A DNA stretch of 64,000 nt from NCBI GenBank assembly GCA_965112155.1, contig OZ218104.1, one strand, 5' to 3'. The stretch is from Podarcis liolepis (taxonomy: Eukaryota). Position 1 is the stretch's first letter. Every line of letters starts with the position of its first letter. The notes beneath the pieces are model-generated. The model did no database searches. It worked only from the letters and a program-made list of their open reading frames with translations, and was not told the DNA's origin. Position numbers and translations under genes: made by a program. Shown here in pieces: positions 1 through 20,806 of this stretch.

Positions 1-64
1 AACTTGACCTGGAAGGATGTGTGCCAGCCTGTGTCCAATGACAATTTGCGTTTTCATGTTCTAG

Positions 65-762
65 GGTGTGTACTGAATGCCCAGGAGGTCCGCCTCATCA
101 TCCACTATGAAAACGGCTTCATTATTTCCAAGGAAGAGGCAGGCTCTGCCAGTGTCCTTTTCCGATACCCTTTTGAGAGGCTAAGAATGTCTGCGGATGA
201 TGGCATCAGGAACCTCTACTTGGATTTTGGGGGACCGGAAGGGGAACTGGTGAGTAGAGGGCCTGGGCCACAGCTGGTGTAAGGGCAGAGGATTTAAATG
301 AGCTGGATCTATGTACTTCAAGGTTCCTTTAAAAAAATAAAATTAATTTTTATTAAGTACAAAATAGGAAAAAAACCTATTAAAACCTGTTTTATATGCT
401 CTTGTATACGCAGCAATTTTAAGTAATTTTTTAATCATATAATAAATTGCTGGGGGTGGCTTCATGGGAAATGATTAATGGATGAAAGAGTAATATTTCA
501 TTAATATTAATTAGTAATTAATACTAATTACTGTTTTCTATTAAGTTTTCTATTAATATTAATACTAATTAATATTAATAGAAAAAATAAAAATTTGCAA
601 TTAAAAAAATGTGTTCACCTTATCTCATGTGCAAAGTAGTGACCTCATTGTGTGCTTCTTCTCCCCCAGACTCTGGAGCTGCACTCCTGCCCCAAACCCA
701 TTGTGTTTGTGTTGCACACGTTCTTGTCAGCCAAAGTGACTCGCCTGGGGCTGCTTGTGTAG
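65..762 (+). CDS. SNTB2: Beta-2-syntrophin, last two coding exons (65-249, 670-762); gene starts upstream of window
   Basis: Spliced translation ...[18 protein letters not shown]...[28 protein letters not shown]|[30 protein letters not shown] is the syntrophin PH/SU C-terminus; ag/gt boundaries; TAG 760-762; lies upstream of VPS4A as in human. Confidence 0.95.
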
Positions 763-2251
763 GAGGAGCCAAGGGGCCTTGGTGACATGGCAGTGTCAGT
801 GAACCACAGCAGTAGCAGCACCAAGTCCTGCCTCTGCGATGTTCTCCAGCATCAGTGCCTTGACCAAGACTTGTGATTGGCAGCTGCATTATAGACACAA
901 GGCGATTGGATGAGCTTTGGCTGGATGCTGCGGCTCTTGCATGAACTGCCTTCCTAGGAGAGAAGCAGCTGAAGGATGGAAAGGCGGCCAAAGGAGTGAG
1001 ATGGGGAGGGGGGGAATAAGGCAGCCAGGGAGGCTGCATGTCAATCCCCCTTGCCTGCCTCAAGTTCGGCATTGCTTCGAAAACCCCACCGTCGTCTTGG
1101 CATCTTGCCATTCAGGATCATGCCCCATACGAAAGGCAGGTGAGAGGAGAGGTGGTCCTGCCAGGCCAATAGAGCAGCTCCTGACCTGGGGCATTACAAA
1201 GCCATTTCTCCCACATCCCTTATACCACTTGTGCCTTTTGTTGGAGGAAGGAAAGAGGAGAGCAGTCATGGCAGCAGTGGCAAGCTGAGTCGTTTGCCTG
1301 GTTGGGCTGGAAATGCTGTCTTGTTGGGCAACCCCGCCTTGTAGTTTGGGGGGAGCTTGTATCTTCTGCAGGGGTCTCAAGAGACGGGCTGGAAATGGGA
1401 GCTCCCCTGGTCCTTTCGTTCTGGCAGTTGGGATGCTGCGGGGCTCAGCTCAGATTGAAGAACTGAAGCATATGCACTTCAGAGCCACAAGACTCTGAAG
1501 GCCTGGACCAGTCAAGGAGGCTGGCTTTACTTAGTTCTAGGTTCCCTGCTCAGGCCAAACAGCGACATTTTTGAGCTGGGCTGAGAGCACTGTGTTCCTC
1601 TGGGCTGGTGGGGTTTGAGTGCTGTGAAATCTGGAATCCCCTCGCCCCCGCCCCCCCGGGCTGTGGTGCAGATCAGTGGGAAAGAGCTAACCTCAACAGG
1701 AGAAGGAGCAGCAGCAGTTTATAAGCCAAAGCTGAGCAAAGAAGTCTGTGGTGAGGGTGATGCTCCCCCCTTTCCCCCTTACGAAACGAGTGTCCCTTTC
1801 TCCTCATTCCTCTCCACCTTACTACTCCTTCTCGGGGAAGAAGGAATTCATGACAGTGTGAAACAGAACGTAATAGCCTTATGAAAGGAAGCACTATTCG
1901 GCCCCATTTGTGGTTTTTGCAAAACTCTACCATGTGATGGTCACACACGCCCTGATCTTTGCTGCCATAAAGGCCAGGGACTTTATTTTTCAATCGATGG
2001 AACTGCGGAACATGCAGCTATTCCCAGCAAACCCAGCTGGGCGCCCCTCATACCACAAGCCCATTGCAGGGGTGGGGAGAAGCATTGGGGTCAAGGATAG
2101 AGGTTGGTGGGGAAGAGGGCACAGTAGAGCCGCATGCATCCTTAACAGAGTGGGGCTTAGCCTCAAGCATTGCAGTGATTGCCTAGGAGATCAGAATGGG
2201 TTCCATTTGCCCTGTTTGATAACATAGAAGCCTTTTACCAAAGCCCTAGAC

Positions 2252-2377
2252 CAGCGGTTCCCAATTCTCATAACGAAAGCTGCCATAGAGATATCAAAAT
2301 TTCCAAAAGTATGGGGTCCATGGTTTGGTTTTTGAAAAACAAGGAGTCTGCAGTACTTAGCTATTTGGGAACCACTC
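2252..2377. mobile_element. hAT/Charlie-type MITE, internally deleted copy
   Basis: TIR CAGCGGTTCCCAA...TTGGGAACCACT, degenerate 8-bp TSD ccctagac/ccctaggt; homologous to copy at 3073-3233. Confidence 0.75.
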
Positions 2378-2483
2378 CCCTAGGTGGTGGAGCGGGACAG
2401 GGAAGAGAGAGGGGAAAACCTCTCAGGCCCCTGAGAATTCTTGAGCCTGAGGCTTTAGGACACAAGTAAAAGAGAGATAGGGA

Positions 2484-2506
2484 GTGTGTGTGTGTGTGTG
2501 TGTGTG
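2484..2506. repeat. (GT)n microsatellite
   Basis: Direct observation. Confidence 0.95.
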
Positions 2507-3072
2507 TTCTTATGCTCCAAAAAAGCTCATTTAGCCATAGGGCAATGCCTAAAAGACGCAAGTCATACTTGGCTTAGCAGCTGGCCACGGACCAAATTTT
2601 GCAAGAAGGGGGACCAGGTGCTTCTGTGAGTTGCAGTTCCTCTGAGGAAGTAGCATCCTCAGGTTTGGGAGGGACTGACTGGGAGGAGTATCTGATAAAA
2701 GGTTGTGTGTGTGGTGGCTCTTGTATAAAGAGTGCTTATTCCCAGCAAGGTGGCTTCTGCCTGCAAAAATCCCAACCAAATATGTAGAGTTGCAGACTTG
2801 GTGTTTTGGCGGAATTCTGAAGGATGTGCTGTGGAAGAAAGGAAAGGGAAGTGTGGTCTAGCGTCGCAAGAGGTGGGCCTTGGAGACATTGGAAGGGGCT
2901 ACAGATGAGGACTTCAGTCCCTCCCTAAATCCACTTAGGCCTGTGCACTTTTATTCTGATGATGTCTCAAGGCTAGTCACAGCTTAACGGAGCTTTATAA
3001 TTAAGCAGACATCTGTTCTATTGTCCACTAATGGTCCCACAGAACAGTAGAAAAGAGCGTATTTGTTTAGAG

Positions 3073-3233
3073 CCGTGGTTCCCAATTGGTGGTAACCCAC
3101 CCAGGGAGTCCGTGGCACCATTCACATAACGTAAGCTGCCGTAGAGCTAACAAAAAGTTCACAATTAGAGGGGCCATGGCTTGGCTTTTGAAAAACAGGG
3201 AGTCCACAGTACTTAGCTAACTGGGAACCAGTG
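3073..3233. mobile_element. hAT/Charlie-type MITE
   Basis: TIR CCGTGGTTCCCA...TGGGAACCAGTG, perfect 8-bp TSD gtttagag at 3065-3072 and 3234-3241. Confidence 0.8.
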
Positions 3234-3255
3234 GTTTAGAGTGTGCATATGTGCT

Positions 3256-3619
3256 GGACACAGTGGCACTGTGGGTTAAACCACAGAGCCTAGGACTTGC
3301 CGATCAGAAGGTTGGTGGTTCGAATCCCCGCGACGGGGTGAACTCCCGTTGCTCGGTCCCTGCTCCTGCCAACCTAGCAGCTCAAAAGCACGTCAAAGTG
3401 CAAGTAGATAAATAGGTACTGCTCCGGCGGGAAGGTAAACAGTGTTTCCGTGCGCTGCTCTGGTTTGCCAGGAGCAGCTTAGTCATGCTGGCCACATGAC
3501 CCGGAAGCTGTCTGCAGACAAACACCGGCTCCCTCGGCCTATAGAGCGAGATGAGCGCGCAACCCCAGAGTCGGTCACAACTGGACCTAATGGTCAGGGG
3601 TCCCTTTACCTTTACCTTT
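3256..3619 (+). mobile_element. Sauria SINE, full length
   Basis: tRNA-like head with B box GGTTCGAATCC, body AAGTAGATAAATAGG, (ACCTTT)n tail, TSD tatgtgctgga (3248-3258/3620-3630). Confidence 0.9.
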
Positions 3620-6349
3620 TATGTGCTGGAATTTAGTTGCAAGCAGGGTTTGGGTCACTTTCAAGGTTCCTCTCTTGTGTCATTATGGCCAGCAAATCAG
3701 TCGGAGCGCAGTTATTGCCTGTGCTTTTGAAAAATTAAAAGTATGTATCCCGATATTAGCAAGGGCTGTCTGACAATTGTTACAGTTGGCTGGAGTGGGG
3801 AAGCAGATTTCACGGAGCTCACCTTTGGTGCCAGCCTATGGGCAATGCAACAATGTGGGGAGATGACAACCGTAGTTCTTGCATAGGTGTGAGAATAGCA
3901 GTTGGGTTGTGGTAGAACAGATACCAAAGCATTCATTTCTGTATGTTTGAAATTCACTCAAACAAGCATATTAGGCCTCTCTCCTTATTTAATAGTTTAG
4001 CTGCTCAATTTTAAGAGAAATTGTTTCCAGCTTACATAGAAACCATTGAATGCAATGAAAACCAGCTTTTTATTTGTCCCAGACAAGTTACCTCCATTGG
4101 AGAGTGTGTCTCACCACCTCACAAATACTGACTTCACTTCCATTCATGGCATTATCACAAGACAATTTCCTGCACATTCACATATGCATTAGGCAAACCA
4201 AAGCTGTACTTGGGGTTAGTGGCACGCTCTGAGCAGAAATGGCTTCTTAATCTCTTGTACTCTGACCTTTGGAATGCACTTGGGTATCCCAGTTTTCATT
4301 CAGTGTGATTCTGGTGGTTGCCAACACTTGTGTTTTGCACCAAAAGCTGCACCATGACTGTTGTGGGATGCAGGACAGCACCAGATGCTGCTATGTGTGT
4401 CGGGTTTCCAAACACACACAGTCATAAACAGAAGATACTCTGGCTGGCCTTAACAGAACTTTTAAAAATGGTGCTTTGGTATCACAGTGAAAGGTGACCT
4501 TACATAAAAAACACCAAGATGGGCTTTTAAAAACAAAATTATTAACAGCCCAGGTAGTCCTGCAGTTCCCACTCTGAACACTTCCTTTTTAATAGCACTT
4601 TCCCTCAAAGTTGTATAGCACTCTGTTTTTTTTCATACCAGGCATAGTTCCCATAGCTGGGGTGGGGGCCATGCTAACCACTTCTGTGATCTGGACACTG
4701 AGCAGTGGCGATAAAACGACAGGTGTTTGGTCTATACAACCTTTGCATTCATTGCCTGGACCTCATTTGCTCCTGACCCTTCAGCATTGGGGCATGGAGC
4801 ACACGATCAAATTCTCTGTGGAGTTGCACTTTGCCACCCCAGTGACTAGATTGTGTTTGTGTAAAAAGATGGTGGTTCCTGATTCTTGCAAAAGTATTAT
4901 TTTTTTTATTGCAATTTTATTCCCCCATCAGCAACCCCCCCCCCATTGTCTGGTTTCCTTTGTTCTGCAGCTGGGGTTTTCCTGTTTTGGGGTTTCCCCT
5001 TCTGCTATAGACATCAGTCAGGAGTTTACGGTTTGGGCAAATGCAACTTTAAGGCCCCAAGTGCCAAAGATGAGACTTCTTGAAAGATCTCTTCAAGAAA
5101 TCTGCACAGAAACCACTACAAATAAATGTTTGTGTTTATCCTGCGTAAGGTCTGTTTGTGCTTGTGTTTGTGTGCACACTGTTTGAAAGAATCTAACCTT
5201 GGGTATTGAGGCACAGCCAGTAACACTGCCACAATCAATCCAAAATGTACAACTGACGTTATTTTTGTATTCTTTGTAAATGGTATTTATACAAGAACAA
5301 ATTCTTTTTTTCTGAGTTTTTAATTTCAAATTTTGGGAGTCTCCAGGTTACCAAATTCAGATAAAAAGTAGTGGTGTGGGCAGTTTATGGTCTTCACAAG
5401 CAAAGGAATGTGCTCTCTCTAGAGAATACATGGACACCCTCCAGCCCTTGAGTTACATGCTAACTGTATAGTATTGTACATTACAATGGAAATGTGACTT
5501 AAGGGCGACTGTAACCTTTATGTTGTATATAATAAAGGTGTTTACGCTTTTAGTTTTAATTCATTGGCTTGTGTCTTTGTGGGAAAACACAGACTTCAAA
5601 AATATATGTTAGCCAGTTGGATTCCAGAGTAACTTAAAAGGAAATGACCTAATGGTTAAGGTCACAGACACAGATAAGGTGGCAAGTTCTGAAAAGGGGG
5701 TGGGCATCCTCCTCCCTTCCCGCCTGCTTTAACTCTACAGAATCTCCTCTTTCAATACTTCCTTCCAGGGCAATGCAAGAACATCAGAAAAGCCCTGCTG
5801 GCTAAGACCAAAAGCCCTATCTAAAACCCAGCATCTGTACTCACAGTGGCCAACCACATGCCTTAGTGGGAAGCCTGCAAGCAAGACCTGAATGCAACAG
5901 TGCTCTCCCTGCTTGGGATAACCAGCATATGGCATGCTGCCTTCCCGACAGTGGAGGTTGAATGCATCATAACATAGCAGCCTTTGATAGCCTTTTCTAT
6001 GAATTTGTTTAATCCCTTTTAAAGCCGTCCAAGTTGGGGGTCACACTATATTGTGAAATCAGATTCCATAGCTGAACTGTGTGGTGTGTGAATAAGTAAT
6101 TTTTGTCAGTCTTGAATCTTATCACATTTGGCTTCATTGAATTGACACCACTGGATTCTACAAGAGAAAACAACACACACTCCACTTGATTTCCGTTTCC
6201 CCCCCTAAACTAAAAAACCCCAATTCATTGCGGCCTTTCCTCTTAGGGGAACTGCTCTAGATATTCTGATAATCCTGGACCAGATACCTCTGACACCAGA
6301 AACTTTGTTGGAGTATTCAGCTGACTGGAACATATTCTTTTATTTTTAA

Positions 6350-7255
6350 ATTTAAATTTGTATAACCATACTTCATCCGTAGATCTCAGGGCGGTTCACA
6401 ACGTAAATGCAAGATAAAAACACAAAATACATAATAAAAACGGGGGGAAAACCACAAACCAATAAACCTCCCTCCCCCATTTTAGAAACTGGTACAAAGG
6501 CCTGGTCAAACAGGAACATTTTCACCCAGTGCCTAAAGGTATATAATGAAGGCACCAGCCAAACCTCCCAGGGGGGAGAGCATTCCACAAACAGGGAGAC
6601 ACTGCAGAAAACGCCTGTTCATGTCTATCTGGACCTCTCGTCGAGAAGGCACACAAAGAAGGGCCTCAGGAGATGTCAGCATCTAGGTAGGTTCATATGG
6701 GAAGAGGCAGTCCTTGAGGTATTATGGTCCTGAGACATTTAAGGCTTTATAGGGCAAAACCAGCACTTTGCATTAGGCCAGGAAGCTAATTGGCAACCAG
6801 TGCAGTCAAACTAGGGTCAGTGTAATATGCTCAAACCACTTGCCCTAGTGAGCAACCTCACTGCCAAGTTCTACAGCAGTTGAAGTTTCTGAACCATCTT
6901 CAGAGGCAGCCCTACATATAACACATTGCAGTAATCTAACCTAAAGGTTATTAGAGCATAGACAACAGTAGTTAAGCTATCCCTGTCCAGATAGGGAAAC
7001 AGCTGGGCCACCAGCTGAAACTGATGGAAAACACTCCATGCCACTGAGGCCACCTGAGCTTCACCTGTAAGTACCCTCAAGCTACATACCTGCTCCTTCA
7101 GAGGAAGTGTAACCCCATCAAGAGCAGGCAACCTCCCAGCCATCCAATCTAGGGGACTACCCACTAACAGTGCCTCAGTCTTATGTGGAATTGAGCATCA
7201 GTTTGTTGGTTCTCATCCAGTCCATTACTGAGGCAAGGCAACGGTCCAGTGCATT
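6350..7255 (-). mobile_element. L2/CR1-clade LINE 3' fragment
   Basis: Minus ORF 6871-7164 has RT C-terminal motif ...ALITFRLDYCNVLYVGLPLK; degenerate, ends in A-rich tail near 6350. Confidence 0.8.
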
Positions 7256-7683
7256 CACTGCTATCTTATAATAAGGTGCTGACTTGTGTCATATTAGGCT
7301 CCTTGTTTTCAAACATCAACTAAATCTGTGCACTTGTAATTCAGAAGCAAGTGTTTCCGAGTTTTACGGTGTTTCCACCTGGTAGCTCAAGCCCTGAATG
7401 CAACCAGACCACAAAGCCACAGTTTCCCTCAGTTTGGGACTAAAGGAAATAAAGGTCTGTTAATTCTTCCGCTTTTTCGAAGTACAGTAAACCCAATGAA
7501 GCAACCACCCCCAAAATAAACTATTTGTGCCCCAATCACAAAGTATCAGCATAACCATGTTCACATATCTCAAGAGTTAAAAATAAACTGGCAAGTTTAA
7601 AATGTTGAGACAAAACACAGGAACTTGGTTTGGAAGGGGATTTATAGTAACTTGAAAGTGGTTGTGAAATGGCAACTTGCGCT

Positions 7684-8071
7684 ACTGATGTTGTTCAAGT
7701 ATCTCAGCAGGAGAAAAGTGGCTCTCAAATGAACATCCATCTACTGCTAGGCATTTGCCTGTAGGGAAAAGCAAAAGAAAGATTTGCAAAGCTCAATGAC
7801 CAACCAGATGCCTTTAGGGGAAGCCCACAAACAGCACATGGGCACATAAGCACTTTCTGAATTGCACAAATTTGTAAACTGATGTTGTTCAAGTATCTCA
7901 GCAGGAGAAAAGTGGCTCTCAAATGAACATCCATCTACTGCTAGGCATTTGCCTGTAGGGAAAAGCAAAAGAAAGATTTGCAAAGCTCAATGACCAACCA
8001 GATGCCTTTAGGGGAAGCCCACAAACAGCACATGGGCACATAAGCACTTTCTGAATTGCACAAATTTGTAA
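7684..8071. repeat. Tandem duplication, 2 x 194 bp
   Basis: 7684-7877 repeated at 7878-8071 with no visible mismatch; ACT microhomology at junctions. Confidence 0.95.
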
Positions 8072-8578
8072 ACTTCGATCACATTTTACTGGTCTTTTCT
8101 CTAAGCTATCCCCCCCCCCCATTTGTGTTATTGTTTCCTGCTACTCTAAGCAAAAGGTCAGAAAAGGAGACTCCCCGCAAATTTGATAATGCAGCCAAAC
8201 TCAGCCATCATTCAGCCCCTGAGGAGGGGGCAGCAAAGTCAACCGCGAAGCCGAAGAGAAGAAGGGAGAGCCCGGCCGGCCTTCTGAGAAAGGGGCTCGT
8301 GGGAGCCGAACAAGGGCGGACCACCTCCGGGATCTTCCTCACTCCCGCCCCTGAATGGCGTCGCGGTTCCTCGGGCCTCCCTTTCCCCTCCTCTCCGCCT
8401 CGCCTGCTGCTGTTCCCGGTGCGGCCTGCAGGCGGCAGCCCAGAAACCGGCCCGACTCTCCTCAGCGGGGCTCCCGGTGGCCGCCTCGTACGAGCCCGGA
8501 GGAGGCAACCAAAGCACAGCAGCCTCGGCAGCCGCAGCAGCAACAGCCGCCGCCCCAGCCCCAGCGGGAGGAGATGCG

Positions 8579-15978
<7,400 letters not shown>

Positions 15979-18583
15979 TGCTGTGCCTATGAGGAGCAGC
16001 GGTGATGGGGGGCATTTTACCATGGACATGTGTGTAGACAAGGCCCTTTGTGCTGACAGTGGACTGTGCCAGGCAGAGGTTAGCATCCAGCTTACTACTG
16101 AATCTGTCTCTGCTTGGGGCACTTGGCTGGGGAAGGAAGAGGATGAGGTGACACAGCCTCCATTGCTACTCTGGGAAATGGACACAAAGGGGAGAAGGCT
16201 GAGCCCAGCCCGCTCTGGTTTTTTCCCATCCAGACACCCCTGCCTTCATGGTTGCTCTTTCATTTCCCCCCCTAACGCTGCTTGGCTTGTTTATATACAA
16301 ATAAAAACAATCCAAAACTTCCACTATACCGCAACCCTTTTTCCCCGAGACCCCTTCCAGCTCCTGTGGAAGCAACACCTGGTGCCACCCCAAAGAGAAA
16401 ACCGAACTGGCTTCACCTAAGGCCATTGCTTACTCCTTGAAATCTGAAATGCTGCACTTCCAAGCTTGATCTGAACTTTGAAGAGTGTGGCCTTCTTCTG
16501 GCTCAGCCAAAGTGGCAGGAAGCTCCCCCAGTGAGAAATACACTCCAAGGCTTAACTAATGCTCAGCTCTCTCCTGGAGTTGAGGTACTCATGTTGGAAG
16601 TGCTGTCCAAGAAGCTTACCCTGCCAAGGCCTGGCATGGCTTGAGGTAAGGTATCTGAAAATGTGGTCTGCCCCACAGGATGCTGTGTTGCTGCAGAATT
16701 TGTTGCCCTTCAGCTCTGTAGCGTTTTGCATGTGTGGCACAGAAAAAGCAGAAGGGGAGCAGAATAGGGATGAGGAGGGCTGCAGCTCCAAGCCCCTCAG
16801 CCTTATCCTGGCACTGTGGCTCAACCCAGCAAGCCTGCTCCTTCTCAGAAAGGGATGACGTCTTTGCTCTTCCAGCTGTGGCACAAGAGGTGACGGTACT
16901 AAGGAATGCAAACTGGGCACCTGTCAGCACACAGGTGCTGGCAAAGTCCTGCAAATGAGATGGAGCTTTCCCGCCTTTGCAGCTGCAGCATGTGGGAGAT
17001 CTGCCCCCCATCCCCCCCCATGGCTCCTTTGCTCATGGTTGGACCTCTGCTGGTGTGTCTCTGCTGCAATCTGGGGCTCTAGAGTGTCTTTTTTAAAAAT
17101 CCATGCCATGGGGAGGCAAAGGACTCATTTATTCCACCCCATTGGCTCTAGGCAATGGCTCTTGTGCCACAAGTGGAGGAGGCTGGCAATGCTTAAGCAT
17201 AGGCTTCTACTTACAGCAGGGTTTTTGCTTCCCTGAAGGTAACTGCTGATTCCTCATTCAACAAATCCACCTTTCTCTGCCACTAAAGCTACTTTCCTGT
17301 GCTTTAGTCTTCTTGTCTTAGTACTACTGAGGAAGGCATGTAGGGGAGGGTGGGAGCTCCTGGTGAAATTCAAGTGAATAGCTGTGAGAACCTCTTAACT
17401 GTCAAGGGGTTTAGCGGCCTGTACACCCCTTGCCCCCTTTCTTGTCATGTGTACATAATTTTGAGTTGATTCCAGTGTGGGGAGGGACAGTTTATGGAAG
17501 AATAAAGTGTTGAACTATTTGTCTCTTATATATTCAGCTGATTTTTTACAAGCAACATACAATGGTACAATTTGTTTCACAGTTTCTCCACAGGAGATGA
17601 AGGAAGAGGCAGTCTCCTTTATTCTGCTTAGTCTTATCTCCTTCCCACACCACAGATGCAAGAGCGTTGAGGCCAGCAGCTCTGTGCACAATTTAGCTAG
17701 CTAGGAGGGGGTTGTGGGTGCATTTAAACTGTAAATCTCTTTAAGAGGTTTTATTAAAATCAAGAGGTTTATTTTATGAGTTGATTGTTTAATTTCTATA
17801 CTGCTTAATCTATTAAAAATATCTGTAAGCGGTGTACAGAAGACTGAAGCAAAAACAGACAACTTAAAACATTACTAAAATACAGTTACGTATTATGTTG
17901 TGAAGTAAAACATGGCGAGGTATTACAGGTGAAGAGGTGGTCAATGCCTTTTTATTGTGAATTGCTATGCAGTTTTAGTTGGTGTCTGTTGCTTTTAACA
18001 AGTGTTTGCTCACCTTCCCGCATGTTAGCCTACTTCACTAGTCAAGTTAGAAGGTGGAGAAGGCCATCTCACTGCTTTTTCGTCTTGAATTTTGCCCCCC
18101 CCACCTCAATGAGCAGCTGGAGATAGGCTCCATTAGTAGATGATCAAGTTTTTTAGGGTTGCTTTGGAGGGGTTCTGTTTGGAGCGTCCACTGGCTGAAA
18201 TTCGACAAAGCCATTTTCCTTTAAGGTACTGTACAGTGCACTGGCCAAGAGAATGCCGTGCAGCAGTTGAAAGAAACTGAATTGCTATCCTTTAACAGCT
18301 TCTGCTTTCTTAGTCCCCCCCCCCAAAAAAACCTCCTGCAGCACCATGTGGGGTGGGGAAAGGGCATGCTTATGCCCAGCTTACCTGCCCAGCTTCCTCT
18401 CCTCATGCCACAAATAGGGAAAGTAAAGATGTCAAGCAGTAAAAACCATCATTGAACCCCTTCACATTGGAAGTGTCCACCTTCTCTTTCTATTGCCCCT
18501 TTCACTGGTTTGGACATACTTAGGAACAGCAGGCAGAGAAAAAGTGGCCTCTCTCTCCCCGCCCCCCTGGGCCCAGTCCTGCT

Positions 18584-19975
18584 TCATTCATTTAGCTGTT
18601 CCCACTGCAGATTCACAAAAGTCCTGCTGTCCATCTTGTCAATATACAACACACCCTGCAGATGGTCCATCTCATGCTGGATGATGCGGGCTGCCCAGCC
18701 ACTTGCCGGCCAGCTAAACTGCTCCCCAACTTCATTCAGACCTGGCGAAGGGAAAAAGAGGAACTCCAGTGAGAAATGCAGCTCTGGGGTCCTGTCATGC
18801 CTTAATGAATCACTCCCCTTGTAGGAACATGTATATCTGACTGAACTTTCCCCAAGCTGTAGGCCCAGTGCAGGCTCCCTGTGCCCAGAGAATATCTACC
18901 TGCCCTGCTTTTTGCTGGTACTTATTGAAACCAGCTGTGCCCCTCAGCCCTGTCAAAAATTAGAAAAGTGAGACTTCTGAAAGATTCCACAGCAGGACAG
19001 CGTAAGCAGGAGAAACTGATGCCCCTGATGTTCTACCCACCCACTCTCCCCATTCCATTTTTCATACATAAATTGTCCCTTGCTACACACCTCCTGTCCA
19101 CAGTCACACCAAATAACAGAAAAGCAACATGTGAGTGTGCTACTGATGAAAGGCTTTGGGATAAAAAACATGCACATTTTGACAGGCAGTGTGGGGAAAA
19201 GTTGTTTGGTGCCATGAGTTTGTACTTAGCTACGTTCCCACAATTGGAATGCATAATGTAGATTCCCATTTGCATTAATAACACCTCATAAGATCAACAT
19301 AGAGCCAAGTTTGAACACCTGAGGCTTGCCACACACCTATACCAGCTCCAAAACTCACACCTCATCCAAGTGTGTTAAAGCTACAAGGAATAACATTGCC
19401 AGCTCACCGGAAACTGCCACGGCTTGGTATCTGGCGACGCAAGCAGAGAATCCACTGATGCTTTTACAGCCCTCGGGGAAAGAGACCAGTTGGGAGTCCA
19501 GCACCCTCATGGATGGGTTCACTACCACATGCAGGGGGAAGGGGGCCATCTGGCAAGCCTGGCGCATGCTGGGGGTGTGCTCATGGAAGAGCCTCTCGGG
19601 GAACTCAGCCACAAAGATCTGGAGTGGCACGCCCACTTGGGGAGCACTGAGACCCACACATTGTTCTTTCCTCATCACGCGAACCAGAGTACGGATGAGG
19701 GTCTGCACCTCACCACTGGCAATCTGTGAAGGCTCCACGGGGGCAGCCAAGGAGCGCAGAATGGGGTCCCCCACCTGGCAGACGTGGCTGTAGGGTGGGG
19801 TGGGAGGTTTCAAGACTTTGCGCCGCAGATATTGCCAATAGGTGCGCTGCTTCTCTGCTGGAGAGGAACAAGTGTGGCTGCAACTTCTGCATGGTAAAGG
19901 TGCCAGGAAAGCTCTGTTCCAAAGGAGGCTGTCCAGCATCCAGGCCAAGCCAGGCCTGAGCCTACAAACTGCCAT
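18584..19975 (-). CDS. PDF: Mitochondrial peptide deformylase; coding exons 19975-19408 and 18741-18584 (726 nt, 241 aa)
   Basis: Motifs [20 protein letters not shown]; basic N-terminal transit-like peptide; GT-AG intron; located between VPS4A and COG8. Confidence 0.95.
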
Positions 19976-20806
19976 AATTGTGCTTCAGCCACAAAGCCAT
20001 CTGCCCAAAGAACAAATAAATATAAGATGAGAAAATAAAAATAATGCAAAGACAACAGGTGCAAGCATTCCCAAGGGTTACTGCTGGAAAGTTTCTAGAG
20101 TCAAAGGGTGGCCTAGCTAAGATCACTGGGAGGGGAAGGGCTGGAGGCTGGCGTTCGGGCAGAGCATCCGCTTGGCTTTTGCATGGTCCCAGGTTCAATA
20201 CCCAGCAGTGTCTCCAAGTAAGGGCTGGAAGAAACACACAGAGACCCAATAGGAAACCCTGGAGAGCTACTGCCCATCAGCATAGCCAGTACTGAGCTAG
20301 ATGGACCAAGGATCTGTCTACTCTGTATGGCATTTTCCCGTGACTCTGCAGAGATGGAAAAAGCAGGCCTCTCTGCAAAAGCAATACAGAAAGATTCTAA
20401 GATTTGCAGCAGCAAATCTAACATTTGCAGCAGCAAAATTAGGAGGCGGAATGTTCTGTACCCCTTCCAATTAAATTTTGGATACCTCTCTTGTATATAT
20501 TATCATCATCTATTTATTTCCCTCCAAACAGCTCACATGGTTCCTTCCCACCGATATTTTAATTCTCTCAATAACCCGGTGAGGTAGGGATATGCTGCGG
20601 AGAATGAAGGGTCCAAGGTCATCCGGTGAGCATCATGGGAATGAGCGGAGGACTTGAACTCAGCTCTCCCAATGCACTCTTGACCAGCAAAACGCCAGAA
20701 CTCTGCTGCTGGGCTTCTACTTGCAGGGAGGCTCGTTCTAATTTGTTTTAACATCGAGGAGGGTTTCAAAATGTAGCCCCCCCCGCAACCAGGACCTCAG
20801 CCCTAC

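Larger units (their letters stand above)
763..5560 (+). other. SNTB2: Probable long SNTB2 3' UTR ending near AATAAA 5531-5536
   Basis: No further exons; AU-rich UTR-like tracts at 5100-5540; AATAAA followed by U/GU-rich downstream sequence. Confidence 0.55.

Noticed and set aside
3280-3330. tRNA-like A/B boxes (also near 9930 and 28555)
   Set aside because: These are SINE heads, not cloverleaf tRNA genes
4611-5186. 191-aa hydrophobic ORF
   Set aside because: Non-ATG start in T-rich probable 3' UTR; no recognisable family
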